A stretch of DNA of 64,000 nt, from positions 918,938 to 982,937 of the forward strand of contig CAVSEK010000013.1 of the NCBI GenBank assembly GCA_963726975.1. The letters are read 5' to 3'. The position numbers and the translations under genes were made by a program. This DNA is from an uncultured Actinomycetota bacterium (GTDB lineage: Bacteria > Actinomycetota > Actinomycetes > Mycobacteriales > SCTD01). The notes beneath the pieces are model-generated. The model had not been told where the DNA came from, did no database searches, and worked only from the letters and a program-made list of their open reading frames with translations. Positions 10,748 through 21,151 of the stretch are shown here, one piece after another (within the stretch, counting starts at the first letter, position 1; each line of letters opens with the position of its first letter).

Positions 10748-11650
10748 ATGATCCGCATGCGCATCGCGGTCACCGGAGCGTCCGGCCTCATCGGCACGCC
10801 CCTCGTCACGGCCCTGCGGGCCGACGGGCACGACGTCGTCCGGCTCGTCCGCGGGGCGGCGTCCGCGCCCGACGAGCGCTCCTGGGACGCCCGCACGCTG
10901 GACCCCGCGGCCGTGGCCGACCGGGACGCGGTCGTGCACCTGGCCGGCGCGGGCGTCGCGGACCACCGCTGGACCCGGTCGTACAAGCAGACCGTGCTGG
11001 ACAGCCGGGTCCAGGGCACCACGGCCGTCTCCCAGGCCATCGCAGCGGCCCGGGCCGGCGGGGCGGGCCCGCAGGTGCTGCTGTCCGCCAGCGCGATCGG
11101 CTACTACGGCGACACCGGCGACCGCGTCACCGACGAGACCGGGCCCGGCGGAGAGGGCTTCCTCGCGGAGGTCTGCCGGCAGTGGGAGGCCGCGACCGCT
11201 CCCGCGGAGACCGCCGGCGCCCGGGTGGCGCACCTGCGCACCGGCATCGTGCTGTCCGGCCAGGGCGGCGCGCTCAAGAAGCAGGTGCTCGCGGCCAAGG
11301 CGTTCGCCGGGGCGCCGCTGGGCAGCGGCCGGCAGTGGTCGAGCTGGATCAGCCTGGCCGACGAGGTCGCCGCGGTGCAGCACCTGCTCGTCGCCGACGT
11401 GTCCGGCCCGGTCAACCTCGTCGGGCCGCACCCGGTGACCAACCGCGAGTTCACCCGCACGCTCAACTCCGTCGTGCACCGCCCGACGATCCCCGTGCCC
11501 GTCCCCGCGCCCGTGCTGCGCCTGGTGCTCGGCGAGTTCGCCGACGAGGGGGTGCTCATCGGACAGCGCCTGGTGCCCGCCGTGCTGGAGCGCAGCGGCT
11601 TCGTCTTCGCCCACCCCGACCTCGAGGCGGCCCTGCGCGCCAGCCTGTGA
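10748..11650 (+). CDS. TIGR01777/YfcH-type NAD-dependent epimerase family protein (with DUF1731-like C-terminus)
   Basis: MRIAVTGASGLIG Rossmann motif and SASAIGYYG. Intact 300-codon ORF. The start is ATG 10748 or 10757. Confidence 0.8.
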   Translation: MIRMRIAVTGASGLIGTPLVTALRADGHDVVRLVRGAASAPDERSWDARTLDPAAVADRDAVVHLAGAGVADHRWTRSYKQTVLDSRVQGTTAVSQAIAAARAGGAGPQVLLSASAIGYYGDTGDRVTDETGPGGEGFLAEVCRQWEAATAPAETAGARVAHLRTGIVLSGQGGALKKQVLAAKAFAGAPLGSGRQWSSWISLADEVAAVQHLLVADVSGPVNLVGPHPVTNREFTRTLNSVVHRPTIPVPVPAPVLRLVLGEFADEGVLIGQRLVPAVLERSGFVFAHPDLEAALRASL

Positions 11651-11654
11651 GCGG

Positions 11655-13073
11655 TCACGTCGGGGTGAGCTCCGCGATCCGCCACTGCTCCGCACCGGGC
11701 ACGAGCACGACCTCGTAGGACGACGGGCCGCGGCCGGGCCGCCGCTCGACGAGCGCGCCGCCCGGGCCGAGCACCGTCGCGGGCGCCAGCCGGTCGGTGA
11801 CGAGCAGCTCGACCCGCTCCGCCGTCGCCGCTCCCGGCCGGACCTCGAGCACGTCGTGCCGCACCCCGGTGGCCGTGCGCCCGGCCGCCCCGAGCGCGCG
11901 CAGCACCGCTGCGTCGGCCTCGCGCGGCGCCGCGCCGGGGGCGTAGACGGCGTCGAGCAGGGTCGGGTCGGCCCGCGCGAACGCCTCCTCCCGCCGGGTG
12001 TCGAGCTCGGCGAGCACCGCCGCCCAGTCGACCGGCCGGTCCCGCACCGGTGGGGGGGCGGCGACCGGCGGCGGCACCGCGAGCGGCAGGCGCCCCGCCA
12101 CGGGGGCCGGGGGGTGCAGCGCCCAGACCAGGCCCGCGACGAGCAGCAGGCCGGCGACGAGGCCCGCCGCGACGACCGGCCAGCGCGGCCGGCGCGGCGC
12201 TCCGGGGTCGGGGACCGCGTCGAGCTGCGCCACGCCGGTCGTCTCGCGCAGCACCGGGGCGTCGCGCGGCGGCGTCCGCCCGTCGTGCAACCGGACCGGC
12301 TCCGGGGCGTGCGCGGCCAGCAGCGCGCTGGCGAGCGCCGCCGCCGTCGGCCGCGCCGCCGGGTCGCCGCACAGCGCGGCCTCCACGACCGCCACGAGCG
12401 CCCGGGGCACGTGCGGGGCGAGCAGCCCCAGCGGGGCCCGCTCGCCCCGCGCGGCCGCGCCCAGCACGTCGTCGACGCTCGCGCCCTCGTGCGGCGGTGA
12501 CCCGCAGAGCAGGTGCGCGCACAGCGCCCCCAGTGCCCAGACGTCCGACGCCGGACCGGGGACGGCGCCGCGGGCCACGACCGGGTCGACGTACTCGGCC
12601 GTCGCCACGACCGGCCGCCGGTCACCCTCCCGCCGGGCCGCACCGAGGTCGGACAGCAGCGGCATCCCGTCGTCGGCGAACAGCACGTTGCGCGGGGACA
12701 GGTCGCCGTGCACCAGGCCCAGCGCGTGGGCCTCGGCGAGCGCCTCGGCCAGGGGCACGGCGACGGTGACGACCTCACCCGGGTCGAGCACGCCGCGACG
12801 CGTCAGCAGAGCCGCCAGGGAGCCGCCACCGGCGTGGTCGAGCACGAGGACGCCGTCGACGGCCGCCCGCAGCCGCACGACGTGCGGCGTGCTCAGCGCC
12901 GACAGCGCCTCGGCCTCCCGCTGCAGCGCGGCCGGGTCGGCCCCGGTCCGCAGCCGCTTCAGCGCGACGGTCTCGCCGCTCGCCAGCTCGCGCGCCCGCC
13001 ACACCTCCCCCGTCGCCCCGAAGCCGAGCATCTGCTCGACCTCGTAGCCCGCCACCACCGGTCTCCCGTCCAC
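11655..13073 (-). CDS. Membrane Ser/Thr protein kinase-like protein with atypical catalytic loop
   Basis: Gly-loop GFGATGEVW, VALK, catalytic loop HGDLSPRNVLF and SDLG. These are followed by a Pro-rich linker, one TM (WPVVAAGLVAGLLLVAGLVWAL) and a C-terminal domain of about 150 aa. Confidence 0.8.
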   Translation of the reverse strand: MDGRPVVAGYEVEQMLGFGATGEVWRARELASGETVALKRLRTGADPAALQREAEALSALSTPHVVRLRAAVDGVLVLDHAGGGSLAALLTRRGVLDPGEVVTVAVPLAEALAEAHALGLVHGDLSPRNVLFADDGMPLLSDLGAARREGDRRPVVATAEYVDPVVARGAVPGPASDVWALGALCAHLLCGSPPHEGASVDDVLGAAARGERAPLGLLAPHVPRALVAVVEAALCGDPAARPTAAALASALLAAHAPEPVRLHDGRTPPRDAPVLRETTGVAQLDAVPDPGAPRRPRWPVVAAGLVAGLLLVAGLVWALHPPAPVAGRLPLAVPPPVAAPPPVRDRPVDWAAVLAELDTRREEAFARADPTLLDAVYAPGAAPREADAAVLRALGAAGRTATGVRHDVLEVRPGAATAERVELLVTDRLAPATVLGPGGALVERRPGRGPSSYEVVLVPGAEQWRIAELTPT

Positions 13074-13143
13074 GGCGCCACCTCAGCACGGTCGGACGAC
13101 GACGTGCCTCCGTCGTCCACAGGCCGGGCCGTAGCGTGGCGCC

Positions 13144-14346
13144 GTGAGCGACGTCGTCGTGGTGGGGGCCGGTCTGGCCGGTCTGGCCTGCGCCCGGGTC
13201 CTCGCCGGGGCCGGTGTCGACGTGCAGGTGCGCGAGGCCGGTGACCGGCCCGGCGGGCGGGTCCGCACCGAGCACGTCGACGGCATGCTGCTCGACGTCG
13301 GCTTCCAGGTGCACAACACCGGCTACCCCGAGGCGCAGCGGGTGCTCGACCACCCCGCGCTCGACCTGCGTCCCTTCTCCGCGGGGGCGCTGGTCCGCCT
13401 CGGCGACCGGCTGCACCGGGTCGGCGACCCGCGCCGGTTGCCGACCTGGGCGCCGTCCACGACGCTGGCGCCCATCGGGTCGCTCAAGGACAAGGCCGTC
13501 GTCGCGGCTCTCGCGGCGCGGGCCGGGCTGCTGCCCGTCGACCGGCTGCTGGGGGCGCCCGAACGGACGACGTACGACGCCCTGCGCTCCTGGGGCGCGT
13601 CGGACACCGTGGTCGACCGCTTCTTCCGCCCCTTCCTGTCCGGGGTCTTCCTGGAGGACCGGCTGGAGACCTCCAGCCGGTTCTTCGACCTCGTGTGGCG
13701 CTCCTTCGTGCGCGGCACGCAGTGCGTGCCCGCCGCCGGCATGGGCGCGATCCCGCAACAGCTCGCCGACCGGCTCCCGCCCGGCACCCTGCGCCTGGGC
13801 GCGCGCGTCGCCGCCGTGGCGCCCGGGCGGGTCGACGGCGAGCGGGTCCGCGCCGTCGTGGTCGCCGCCGACCCGGCCACCGCCGCGGGCCTGCTCGACC
13901 TGCCCGCACCGCGGCTCAACAGCGTCACGACGCACTACCACGTGGCGCCCGAGCCGCCGGTGCGCGCACCCGCGATCGTGCTCGACGGCGAGGCCGCCGG
14001 CCCGGTGGCCAACACGGTCGTGCTCACGAACGCCGCGCCCTCGTACGCCCCCGGCCGGCACCTGGTCTCCAGCTCGGTCGTCCGCGGCGACGCCGCCGAG
14101 CCGGCGGTGCGTGAGCACCTGGCGCGGGTCTACGGCGTCGACACCGCGGCCTGGGAACACGTCCGGGCCTACGACGTGCAGGGCGCGCTGCCGAGCCAGG
14201 CGCCGCCGCTGGACCTGCAGCGCGACGTGCGCCTGGCCGACGGGCTCTACGTGGCCGGCGACTGGCGCGACTCGGCCTCCATCCAGGGGGCGCTCGTCAG
14301 CGGGCGCCGGGCCGCCCGGGCGGTGCTGGCCGACCTGCGGGCGTAG
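13144..14346 (+). CDS. NAD(P)/FAD-dependent oxidoreductase (amine oxidase / phytoene desaturase-like)
   Basis: N-terminal [17 protein letters not shown] dinucleotide fold with GGR, and C-terminal YVAGDW. Intact 400-codon ORF. Confidence 0.75.
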   Translation: MSDVVVVGAGLAGLACARVLAGAGVDVQVREAGDRPGGRVRTEHVDGMLLDVGFQVHNTGYPEAQRVLDHPALDLRPFSAGALVRLGDRLHRVGDPRRLPTWAPSTTLAPIGSLKDKAVVAALAARAGLLPVDRLLGAPERTTYDALRSWGASDTVVDRFFRPFLSGVFLEDRLETSSRFFDLVWRSFVRGTQCVPAAGMGAIPQQLADRLPPGTLRLGARVAAVAPGRVDGERVRAVVVAADPATAAGLLDLPAPRLNSVTTHYHVAPEPPVRAPAIVLDGEAAGPVANTVVLTNAAPSYAPGRHLVSSSVVRGDAAEPAVREHLARVYGVDTAAWEHVRAYDVQGALPSQAPPLDLQRDVRLADGLYVAGDWRDSASIQGALVSGRRAARAVLADLRA

Positions 14347-14356
14347 CGTCGCCGGC

Positions 14357-14974
14357 GTGGAGATGCGGCGGCTGGGGCTCGTGCCGTACGACGAGGCCTG
14401 GGCGCTGCAGCGCCGCGTGCACGCCGAGGTGGTCGCCGGCGGCGACGACGTCTGCCTGCTGCTGGAGCACCCGCCGGTCTACACCGCGGGCAAGCGCACC
14501 GAGCCCCACGAGCGGCCGCGGGACGGCACGCCGGTCGTCGACGTCGACCGCGGGGGCAAGATCACCTGGCACGGCCCGGGGCAGGTGACCGGCTACCCGG
14601 TGGTGCGCCTGGCCGACCCGGTCGACGTGGTGGCCTACGTGCGGCGGCTCGAGCAGGTGCTCATCGACGTCTGCGCCGAGCTCGGGCTGACCACCGGCCG
14701 CGTCGAGGGCCGCTCGGGCGTCTGGACCCCCGACGGAGCGCGCAAGGTCGCCGCGATCGGGATCCGGGTCGCGCAGGGCGTGACCATGCACGGCTTCGCG
14801 CTCAACGCGGACCCGGACCTGTCGGCGTACGGCGCGATCGTGCCGTGCGGCATCTCCGACGCGACCGTGACGAGCCTGTCGGCCGAGCTCGGGCGCGACG
14901 TGGGCGTCGACGAGGCGCTGCCGCTGCTCGAGCGGCACCTGCCGGCGCTCAGCGCGCGGACAGCTGCGGCATGA
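14357..14974 (+). CDS. lipB: Lipoyl(octanoyl) transferase
   Basis: Start is GTG 14357 or ATG 14363. Motifs: [44 protein letters not shown]. Confidence 0.9.
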   Translation: MEMRRLGLVPYDEAWALQRRVHAEVVAGGDDVCLLLEHPPVYTAGKRTEPHERPRDGTPVVDVDRGGKITWHGPGQVTGYPVVRLADPVDVVAYVRRLEQVLIDVCAELGLTTGRVEGRSGVWTPDGARKVAAIGIRVAQGVTMHGFALNADPDLSAYGAIVPCGISDATVTSLSAELGRDVGVDEALPLLERHLPALSARTAAA

Positions 14975-15857
14975 CCTGCTCGGCCACCAGCTCCAGGTGG
15001 TCCAGGTCGGCCAGGTCGAGCACCTGCAGGTAGAGCCGGGTCGCTCCCGCCTCGCCGTAGCGCCCGGCCTTGTCGACGACCTCGTCGGGCGTGCCGGCCA
15101 GGCCGTTCTCGCGCAGCTCGTCGACCTCGCGGCCGATCGCGGCGGCCCGGCGCGCCAGCTCGTCCTCGTCGCGCCCGACGCACAGCACCTGCGCCGCCGA
15201 CAGCACGAGGTGCTCGCCGCCGGCGTCGCGCACCCGGCCGAACTGCTCGGCGGTCCGTCCCACCGGCGCGAACGGCATGTTGAACTCCTGCGCGTACGTC
15301 GCGGCCAGCCGCGGTGTCCGCCGAGCACCCCCGCCCCCGACGATCACCGGCAGCGGCGACTGCACCGGTCTGGGCAGCGCCGGGCTGTCGCGCAGCACGT
15401 GGTGACGCCCCTCGAAGGTGAACGGCCCGTCGGCCGCCCACAGCCCGGTGACGACCTGCAGCTGCTCCTCGAAGCGGTCGAAGCGCTCCGCGAGCGGGGG
15501 GAACGGGATCCCGTACGCGGTGTGCTCGGCCTCGTACCACCCGGTCCCGAGCCCGAGCTCGACCCGCCCGCCGGACATCGCGTCCACCTGCGCCACGGCG
15601 ATCGCCAGCGGACCGGGCAGCCGGAAGGTCGCGGCGGTGACGAGCGTGCCGAGCCGGATCGTCGTGGTGTCGCGGGCCAGGCCGGCGAGCGTCACCCAGG
15701 CGTCCGTCGGGCCGGGCAGCCCGTCTCCGCCCATCGGCAGGTAGTGGTCGGAGCGGAAGAACGCGCCGTAGCCGGCGTCCTCCGCGCAGCGGGCGACCCG
15801 CAGCAGGTCGTCGTACGTCGCGCCCTGCTGGGGCTCGGTGAACACGCGCAGCTCCAC
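14949..15857 (-). CDS. LLM-class (luciferase-like) F420-dependent oxidoreductase
   Basis: Track ORF of 302 aa. Luciferase-like monooxygenase pattern ([19 protein letters not shown]). It overlaps lipB convergently by 26 nt. Confidence 0.8.
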   Translation of the reverse strand: MELRVFTEPQQGATYDDLLRVARCAEDAGYGAFFRSDHYLPMGGDGLPGPTDAWVTLAGLARDTTTIRLGTLVTAATFRLPGPLAIAVAQVDAMSGGRVELGLGTGWYEAEHTAYGIPFPPLAERFDRFEEQLQVVTGLWAADGPFTFEGRHHVLRDSPALPRPVQSPLPVIVGGGGARRTPRLAATYAQEFNMPFAPVGRTAEQFGRVRDAGGEHLVLSAAQVLCVGRDEDELARRAAAIGREVDELRENGLAGTPDEVVDKAGRYGEAGATRLYLQVLDLADLDHLELVAEQVMPQLSAR

Positions 15858-15866
15858 GGGCGGACC

Positions 15867-16352
15867 CTAGGCCAGCTGCACGAGCACCCCGTCGCCGGCC
15901 GCCGCCGCCTGCGCGTAGAAGCCCCGCAGCACCTCGTACGCCGGCAGCACGAAGCTCGTCAGCACGTCCGGCTGGTCCCACACGTCGGGGTAGACCTCGG
16001 CCTGCCGGAAGGCGCGGTGGGTGAACCGGCCGCGCAGCTCGGTGGTGCCGAGGTCGGTCAGCAGCACCGCCGCGTCGGCGACCCGCGGCGGCAGCAGCAC
16101 CCGCACCGGTTCGTAGGTGCTGGGGTCGCCGACCGGCGTCCCGCCGAGCACGACGTCGAAGGCCGGTCCGCTGCCGCCCCACGGCGAGCCGTTCAGCAGC
16201 ATGTGCACGGCGTGCCAGGCGCGGCCGACGTCGACGAGCTCCGCCGGGTCGCTGTCGGCCAGCAGCAGCGCGGCGACATCAGGGTCTGCCTCGACGCGGT
16301 CCAGCTCGTCCGCACTCGCGCGGCGCCACCTCATCACCATGTCCCGGACCAC
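15867..16352 (-). CDS. YfbM/DUF1877-like protein
   Basis: 161-codon ORF. It resembles YfbM as I recall it (VDVGRAWHAVHMLLNG, EVYPDVW, C-terminal GVLVQLA). The start could be any of the Met codons at 16334-16352. Confidence 0.6.
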   Translation of the reverse strand: MVRDMVMRWRRASADELDRVEADPDVAALLLADSDPAELVDVGRAWHAVHMLLNGSPWGGSGPAFDVVLGGTPVGDPSTYEPVRVLLPPRVADAAVLLTDLGTTELRGRFTHRAFRQAEVYPDVWDQPDVLTSFVLPAYEVLRGFYAQAAAAGDGVLVQLA

Positions 16353-16375
16353 GCGGCGACGGTAGTCGCGGGCCG

Positions 16376-17605
16376 GTGCGCGAGACTGGCCTGGTGAGCA
16401 CCGGTCCGGACCTGCCCGACCTGCGCGCCGAGCTCGACCGCGTCGACTCCGGCCTCGTCGACCTCATCGCCCGCCGGCTCGAGGTCGTCGCGCAGGTGGG
16501 GGCGGCCAAGGCCCGCAGCGACACCCCGGTGCGCGACGCCGACCGCGAGCGGGCGGTGCTCGACGGGGTCGCCGCCGTCGCGCAGCAGCGCGGCGTCTCC
16601 CCCGAGCTGGTCCGACGGATCTTCCGCGAGATCATCGGGCACGCGGTGGACCGCCAGGTCGCCGAGCTCACCGGCACCCAGGACCGACCGCTGGTCGTCG
16701 CCTACCAGGGCACCGACCAGGCGTACAGCCACCTGGCGGCGCAGAAGCACCTGGCCGGCCGCGGGCAGCAGGGCCGCTTCGAGGGGCACGTCTCGTTCGC
16801 CGACGCCCTCGCCGCGCTCGTGAGCGGCGCGGCCGACCTCGCCCTGCTCCCCATCGAGAACACCACCGCCGGGAGCATCAACCAGGTCTACGACCTGCTG
16901 CAGGCCAGCGACGTGCACGTCGTCGGCGAGGAGACCTGGCGGGTCGACCACTGCCTCGCCGCGGTGCGGGACGTCCCGCTGTCGTCGCTGACCCGCGTGC
17001 TGAGCCACCCGCAGGGCCTCGAGCAGTGCGCCGGCTTCCTGCGCACGCTGCCCGGCGCGGTCCCCGTGACCGTGTTCGACACCGCCGAGGCGATGCGGGT
17101 CGTCGCCGCCGAGGGCGACCCGACCTGGGCGGGCATCGGCTCGCCGGAGGCGGCCGAGGTGCACGGGCTCGTCGTGCTGCGCCGTGGCCTGGCCGACCGC
17201 GAGGAGAACTGGACGCGCTTCCTGCTGCTGTCCCGCTCGCCGGTGCCGGTGCCGCCGAGGGTGCCGAGCAAGACCAGCCTGGTGCTCGTCACCCGGCACG
17301 AGGAGGGCGCGCTGCTGCGCTGCCTGGAGGTCCTCGCGCGCTCCGGACACTCGCTGACCAAGCTGGAGTCGCGCCCTCGCCCCGGCAGCCCGTTCGAGTA
17401 CCTGTTCTTCCTCGACTTCGAGGGCAACGTCGCCGACGAGCCGACGCAGCAGGTGCTGGCGCAGCTGCAGGAGCACGCGCTCGCCGTGAAGCTGCTCGGC
17501 AGCTACCCCGCGAAGGTGGTGCGCGGCGCCGGCGACGAGTCCGTCGAGGCCGTCCTCGGCCGGGCGGAAGGCCCGCAGGTCGGTGAGCGTTGGGGCACGG
17601 TGTGA
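16376..17605 (+). CDS. pheA: Bifunctional chorismate mutase / prephenate dehydratase
   Basis: Chorismate mutase N-terminus ([22 protein letters not shown]), prephenate dehydratase core ([24 protein letters not shown]) and ACT-like C-terminus (SKTSLVL...ESRP). Confidence 0.85.
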   Translation: MRETGLVSTGPDLPDLRAELDRVDSGLVDLIARRLEVVAQVGAAKARSDTPVRDADRERAVLDGVAAVAQQRGVSPELVRRIFREIIGHAVDRQVAELTGTQDRPLVVAYQGTDQAYSHLAAQKHLAGRGQQGRFEGHVSFADALAALVSGAADLALLPIENTTAGSINQVYDLLQASDVHVVGEETWRVDHCLAAVRDVPLSSLTRVLSHPQGLEQCAGFLRTLPGAVPVTVFDTAEAMRVVAAEGDPTWAGIGSPEAAEVHGLVVLRRGLADREENWTRFLLLSRSPVPVPPRVPSKTSLVLVTRHEEGALLRCLEVLARSGHSLTKLESRPRPGSPFEYLFFLDFEGNVADEPTQQVLAQLQEHALAVKLLGSYPAKVVRGAGDESVEAVLGRAEGPQVGERWGTV

Positions 17606-18531
17606 CGACGATCCAGCCCGAGGGCCGACGCCTGCTCCGCCTCGAGGTGCGCAACGCGCAGACGCCGATCGAGAAGAAGCCGTCCTGGATCAAGACCCGT
17701 GCGGTCATGGGGCCCGAGTACACCGAGCTCAAGGGCCTCGTGAAGCGGGAGGGGCTGCACACGGTCTGCGAGGAGGCCGGCTGTCCCAACATCTACGAGT
17801 GCTGGGAGGACCGCGAGGCGACCTTCCTCATCGGCGGCGACCAGTGCACCCGGCGGTGCGACTTCTGCAACATCGACACCGGCAAGCCGGCCGACTACGA
17901 CACCGACGAGCCGCGCCGCGTCGCGGAGTCGGTGGCGACCATGGGCCTGCGCTACGCGACGATCACCGGCGTCGCCCGTGACGACCTGCCCGACGGCGGG
18001 GCCTGGCTGTACGCCGAGACGGTGCGCCTGGTGCACGAGGCGGTCCCCGGCATCGGCGTCGAGCTGCTCATCCCGGACTTCGACGCCGACCCGGCGCAGC
18101 TCGCCGAGGTCTTCGACAGCCGTCCCGAGGTGCTCGCGCACAACGTCGAGACGGTGCCGCGCATCTTCCGCCGCATCCGGCCCGGCTTCCGCTACGAGCG
18201 CAGCCTCGACGTGCTGCGGCAGGCCCGGGCCGCCGGCATGGTCACGAAGAGCAACCTCATCCTGGGCATGGGCGAGGAGCGCGCCGAGATCAGCGAGGCG
18301 CTGCAGGACCTGCACGACGCCGGCTGCGAGCTCATCACCATCACGCAGTACCTCCGGCCCTCCCCCCGTCACCACCCGGTCGACCGCTGGGTGAAGCCCG
18401 AGGAGTTCGTCGCGCTGCGCGAGGAGGCCGAGGAGATCGGCTTCGCCGGCGTGATGAGCGGCCCCCTCGTGCGCTCCTCCTACCGCGCCGGCCGCCTCTA
18501 CGAGCAGGCCCTGGCCCGCCGCGCAGGCTGA
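17602..18531 (+). CDS. lipA: Lipoyl synthase (radical SAM)
   Basis: GTG 17602 overlaps the pheA stop (GTGA); track start 17590 is also possible. Cys clusters [12 protein letters not shown] and [10 protein letters not shown]. Confidence 0.9.
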   Translation: MTTIQPEGRRLLRLEVRNAQTPIEKKPSWIKTRAVMGPEYTELKGLVKREGLHTVCEEAGCPNIYECWEDREATFLIGGDQCTRRCDFCNIDTGKPADYDTDEPRRVAESVATMGLRYATITGVARDDLPDGGAWLYAETVRLVHEAVPGIGVELLIPDFDADPAQLAEVFDSRPEVLAHNVETVPRIFRRIRPGFRYERSLDVLRQARAAGMVTKSNLILGMGEERAEISEALQDLHDAGCELITITQYLRPSPRHHPVDRWVKPEEFVALREEAEEIGFAGVMSGPLVRSSYRAGRLYEQALARRAG

Positions 18532-18912
18532 CCGGCACGTTCATCCTCAGGTCACACGCACGTCACACCGCCCGAGGAGGGTGAGGGGCACCCCCACCTC
18601 CCGGAGGCTCCCGTGACGCTGACCGTCCCGCTCGCCGCACCCCGGGGGGCCCTGCCCCGTCCCCTGCCCCGCCCCCTGACCCGCTCCCTGTCCCGTTCCA
18701 CGACGGCACCCGCCGTCCCCCGGCTCCTGCAGGCCGCCCTGCTCGCCGTGCTGCCCGCCGGCGGCCAGCGCACCGCCCGGCGCAACGCCTGGGCCGGCCG
18801 CAGCGAGGGCTCGGCGCGCAGCCGCGCCCGGCGGGAGGCCGAGCTGGCCCTGGCCCGGGCCACCGCCCGCGCGGCGCGCTCCCCCGGGGCCGCCGTGCTC
18901 TAGCGTGCTGGC

Positions 18913-19671
18913 GTGGTCGAGCCGGTCTACACCCCAGTCGTCGCCCTCGCGAAGCTCGTCTTCCGCGGCCTGGGCATCCGGTTCACCATCAGCGGCCAGG
19001 AGCACGTGCCGCCCACCGGCGGCGCGGTCATGGCGATCAACCACACCGGCTACCTGGACTTCACCTTCGCGGGGCTGTCGGTCCTGCCCGCCGGGCGCCT
19101 GGTGCGCTTCATGGCCAAGAAGCAGGTCTTCGACCACCGGGTCTCCGGACCGCTCATGCGCGGCATGAAGCACATCCCGGTGGACCGCACCGGTGCCGCT
19201 GCCGACTCCTACCGCCTCGCTGTCGACGCCCTGCGCCGCGGTGAGGTCGTCGGTGTCTTCCCCGAGGCGACGATCTCGGAGAGCTACGACCTCAAGGAGT
19301 TCAAGACCGGCGCGGTCCGCATGGCGCGCGAGGCCGGCGTCCCGCTGCTGCCGTGCGTCCTGTGGGGCAGCCAGCGGATCTACACCAAGGGCCGCAAGCG
19401 CGACCTGACCCGCGGGACGCCGGTCCGGATCGTGCTCGGCGAGCCGTTCACCCCGGACCCGGACGAGGACCCTGCCGTCGCCACCGCAGAGCTCAAGGCC
19501 CGGATGCAGAGGCTGCTCGACGAGGCCCGGGCGACGTACGCCGGCGGCCCGCGCTCCCCGCAGGACACCTGGTGGCTGCCGCGGGCGCTCGGCGGCACGG
19601 CGCCGAGCGTCGAGGAGGCCGCCGCGAACGCCGCCCGCCGGGACGCGGAGCGCGCCGCGCGCCGGTCCTGA
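18913..19671 (+). CDS. 1-acyl-sn-glycerol-3-phosphate acyltransferase family (PlsC/LPLAT)
   Basis: GTG 18913. HxxxxD motif (AINHTGYLD) and FPEATIS. Confidence 0.8.
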   Translation: MVEPVYTPVVALAKLVFRGLGIRFTISGQEHVPPTGGAVMAINHTGYLDFTFAGLSVLPAGRLVRFMAKKQVFDHRVSGPLMRGMKHIPVDRTGAAADSYRLAVDALRRGEVVGVFPEATISESYDLKEFKTGAVRMAREAGVPLLPCVLWGSQRIYTKGRKRDLTRGTPVRIVLGEPFTPDPDEDPAVATAELKARMQRLLDEARATYAGGPRSPQDTWWLPRALGGTAPSVEEAAANAARRDAERAARRS

Positions 19672-19715
19672 CCGGTCCCCGGCGGCTGCTGCCCGCCCCC
19701 GCCTAGGCTGCGGGC

Positions 19716-20525
19716 ATGGCCAGGGACGAGACCACACGCCGTACGGCAGCGCCCGGGCGGCGCGGCGCTCCCGCCGGCACGGCACCCGGCAAGGTGGGCG
19801 GGAAGGTGGGCGGGAAGGTGGCGGGCAGGCGGGGCCGCAAGGGCGCCGGCCCTGACCGGGCCGCCAAGCGGGCTGCGCGCCGGGCGCGCTTCGGTCAGCT
19901 CAAGACCGCGTTCACCATGACGCGGAAGGCTGACCCCCGCCTGGTGCCGCTGCTGGCCATCGCGCTGCTGGTGCCGTTCGTCGTGCTGCTGCTCATCGGC
20001 ATCGCCGTCGGCCACCCGGTGCTGCTCGGGCTGCTGGGCCTGGTCCTGGCGCTGCTGGCCGCGACGTCGGTGTTCGGCCGACGGGCGCAGCAGAGCGCGT
20101 TCGGACAGGTCGAGGGGCAGGTCGGCGCCGCCGCAGCCGTGGTGCAGAACATGCGGGGCGACTGGCGCGTGACGCCGGCCGTCGCCTTCAGCCGGGAGCA
20201 GGACCTCGTGCACCGCGTGCTCGGCCGCCCCGGCATCGTGCTCGTCGGCGAGGGCAGCCCGTCCCGCGTGCGCGGCCTGATCATCAACGAGAAGAAGCGG
20301 CTCGCCCGCTTCGTCGGCGACACCCCCGTCTACGACGTGGTCGTCGGCGACGCGGACGGCCAGGTGCCGCTGCGCGGCCTCCAGAAGCACTTCATCAAGC
20401 TGCCGCGCAACATCAAGCCGCGCGAGGTCAACGTGCTCGACCGCAAGCTGTCGGCCATGGCGCCGGCGCTGCCGATCCCCAAGGGCCCGGTGCCCGGTCG
20501 CGTCCCCCGCGGACGGATGCGCTGA
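19716..20525 (+). CDS. DUF4191 membrane protein
   Basis: Basic N-terminus with a GKVGGKVGGKVAG repeat, two TM helices and the conserved tail PVYDVVVGD...LPRNIKPREV. The position between lipA and glnA is typical of this family. Confidence 0.75.
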   Translation: MARDETTRRTAAPGRRGAPAGTAPGKVGGKVGGKVAGRRGRKGAGPDRAAKRAARRARFGQLKTAFTMTRKADPRLVPLLAIALLVPFVVLLLIGIAVGHPVLLGLLGLVLALLAATSVFGRRAQQSAFGQVEGQVGAAAAVVQNMRGDWRVTPAVAFSREQDLVHRVLGRPGIVLVGEGSPSRVRGLIINEKKRLARFVGDTPVYDVVVGDADGQVPLRGLQKHFIKLPRNIKPREVNVLDRKLSAMAPALPIPKGPVPGRVPRGRMR

Positions 20526-20540
20526 CCCCGGACCGCGGGC

Positions 20541-21011
20541 TCAGGTCCTGACGACGACCGCGCCGCCGGCCTTGTCGTGCAGCCCGCGCCCGTCGCGGTC
20601 GCTGATGAGCGCGGGCACGAGCAGCAGGAGCAGGGCGGTCCGCAGCGCCAGGGGCACGAAGGCCAGCGCTCCTCCGCCCACCGCGACGAGGCGCAGGCGC
20701 AGCAGGCGCATGCCCGGGGTCTGGCCGGTCAGCGCGACGCCGACGAGGTAGACGAGCGCGAGCACGACGACCGGGGCGAGGCCGGCCGCCACCTGGGGCT
20801 CGCCGGTGCTGCGCACCGGGAAGAACAGCCGTGCGACCAGCCCGGAGGCGATCGCGTCGACGGCGAAGGCCCCCGCCCGGGCGCCGAAGCCGGCGACCGA
20901 GCCGGGCCCGCTGACCGGAAGGCCGAGCCGCTCGCCGGGCGCCGCCCGGGCGTCGGTCGACACCCCGACCGCGCCGAGCCCGCTCAGCCAGGTCCCGGTC
21001 CACCGCGCCAC
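20541..21011 (-). CDS. RDD family membrane protein
   Basis: GTG 21011. Motifs: RAGAFAVDAIASGLV, TPGMRLLRLRLV, GRGLHDKAGG. Confidence 0.7.
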   Translation of the reverse strand: MARWTGTWLSGLGAVGVSTDARAAPGERLGLPVSGPGSVAGFGARAGAFAVDAIASGLVARLFFPVRSTGEPQVAAGLAPVVVLALVYLVGVALTGQTPGMRLLRLRLVAVGGGALAFVPLALRTALLLLLVPALISDRDGRGLHDKAGGAVVVRT

Positions 21012-21060
21012 CCCCGCAGGTTACGGCGGACCTGCCGCGCGCGCCCGGCCGTACGCCCGC

Positions 21061-21098
21061 GTAACGCCGGGGAAACACACGGGACACCGGTGTTTCAC
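21061..21098 (+). promoter_or_regulatory. GlnR-box-like operator upstream of glnA
   Basis: GTAAC-n6-GAAAC-n6-GACAC-n6-TTCAC, plus GTTAC at 21020. It lies in the divergent RDD/glnA intergenic region and matches the published actinobacterial gTnAc-n6-GaAAc GlnR consensus. Confidence 0.45.
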
Positions 21099-21151
21099 AG
21101 CCGCTGGCTACGGTGGCGTCCAGCCCCGACCCCGATCCGCAGGAGAGACAC

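Noticed and set aside
18613-18903. A 96-aa ORF in the 380-nt gap between lipA and the acyltransferase gene.
   Set aside because: It is Arg/Ala/Pro-rich with no motif, no convincing RBS and no hydrophobic core. I cannot tell it apart from a chance ORF. No tRNA-like or other RNA signature was seen in the gap either.
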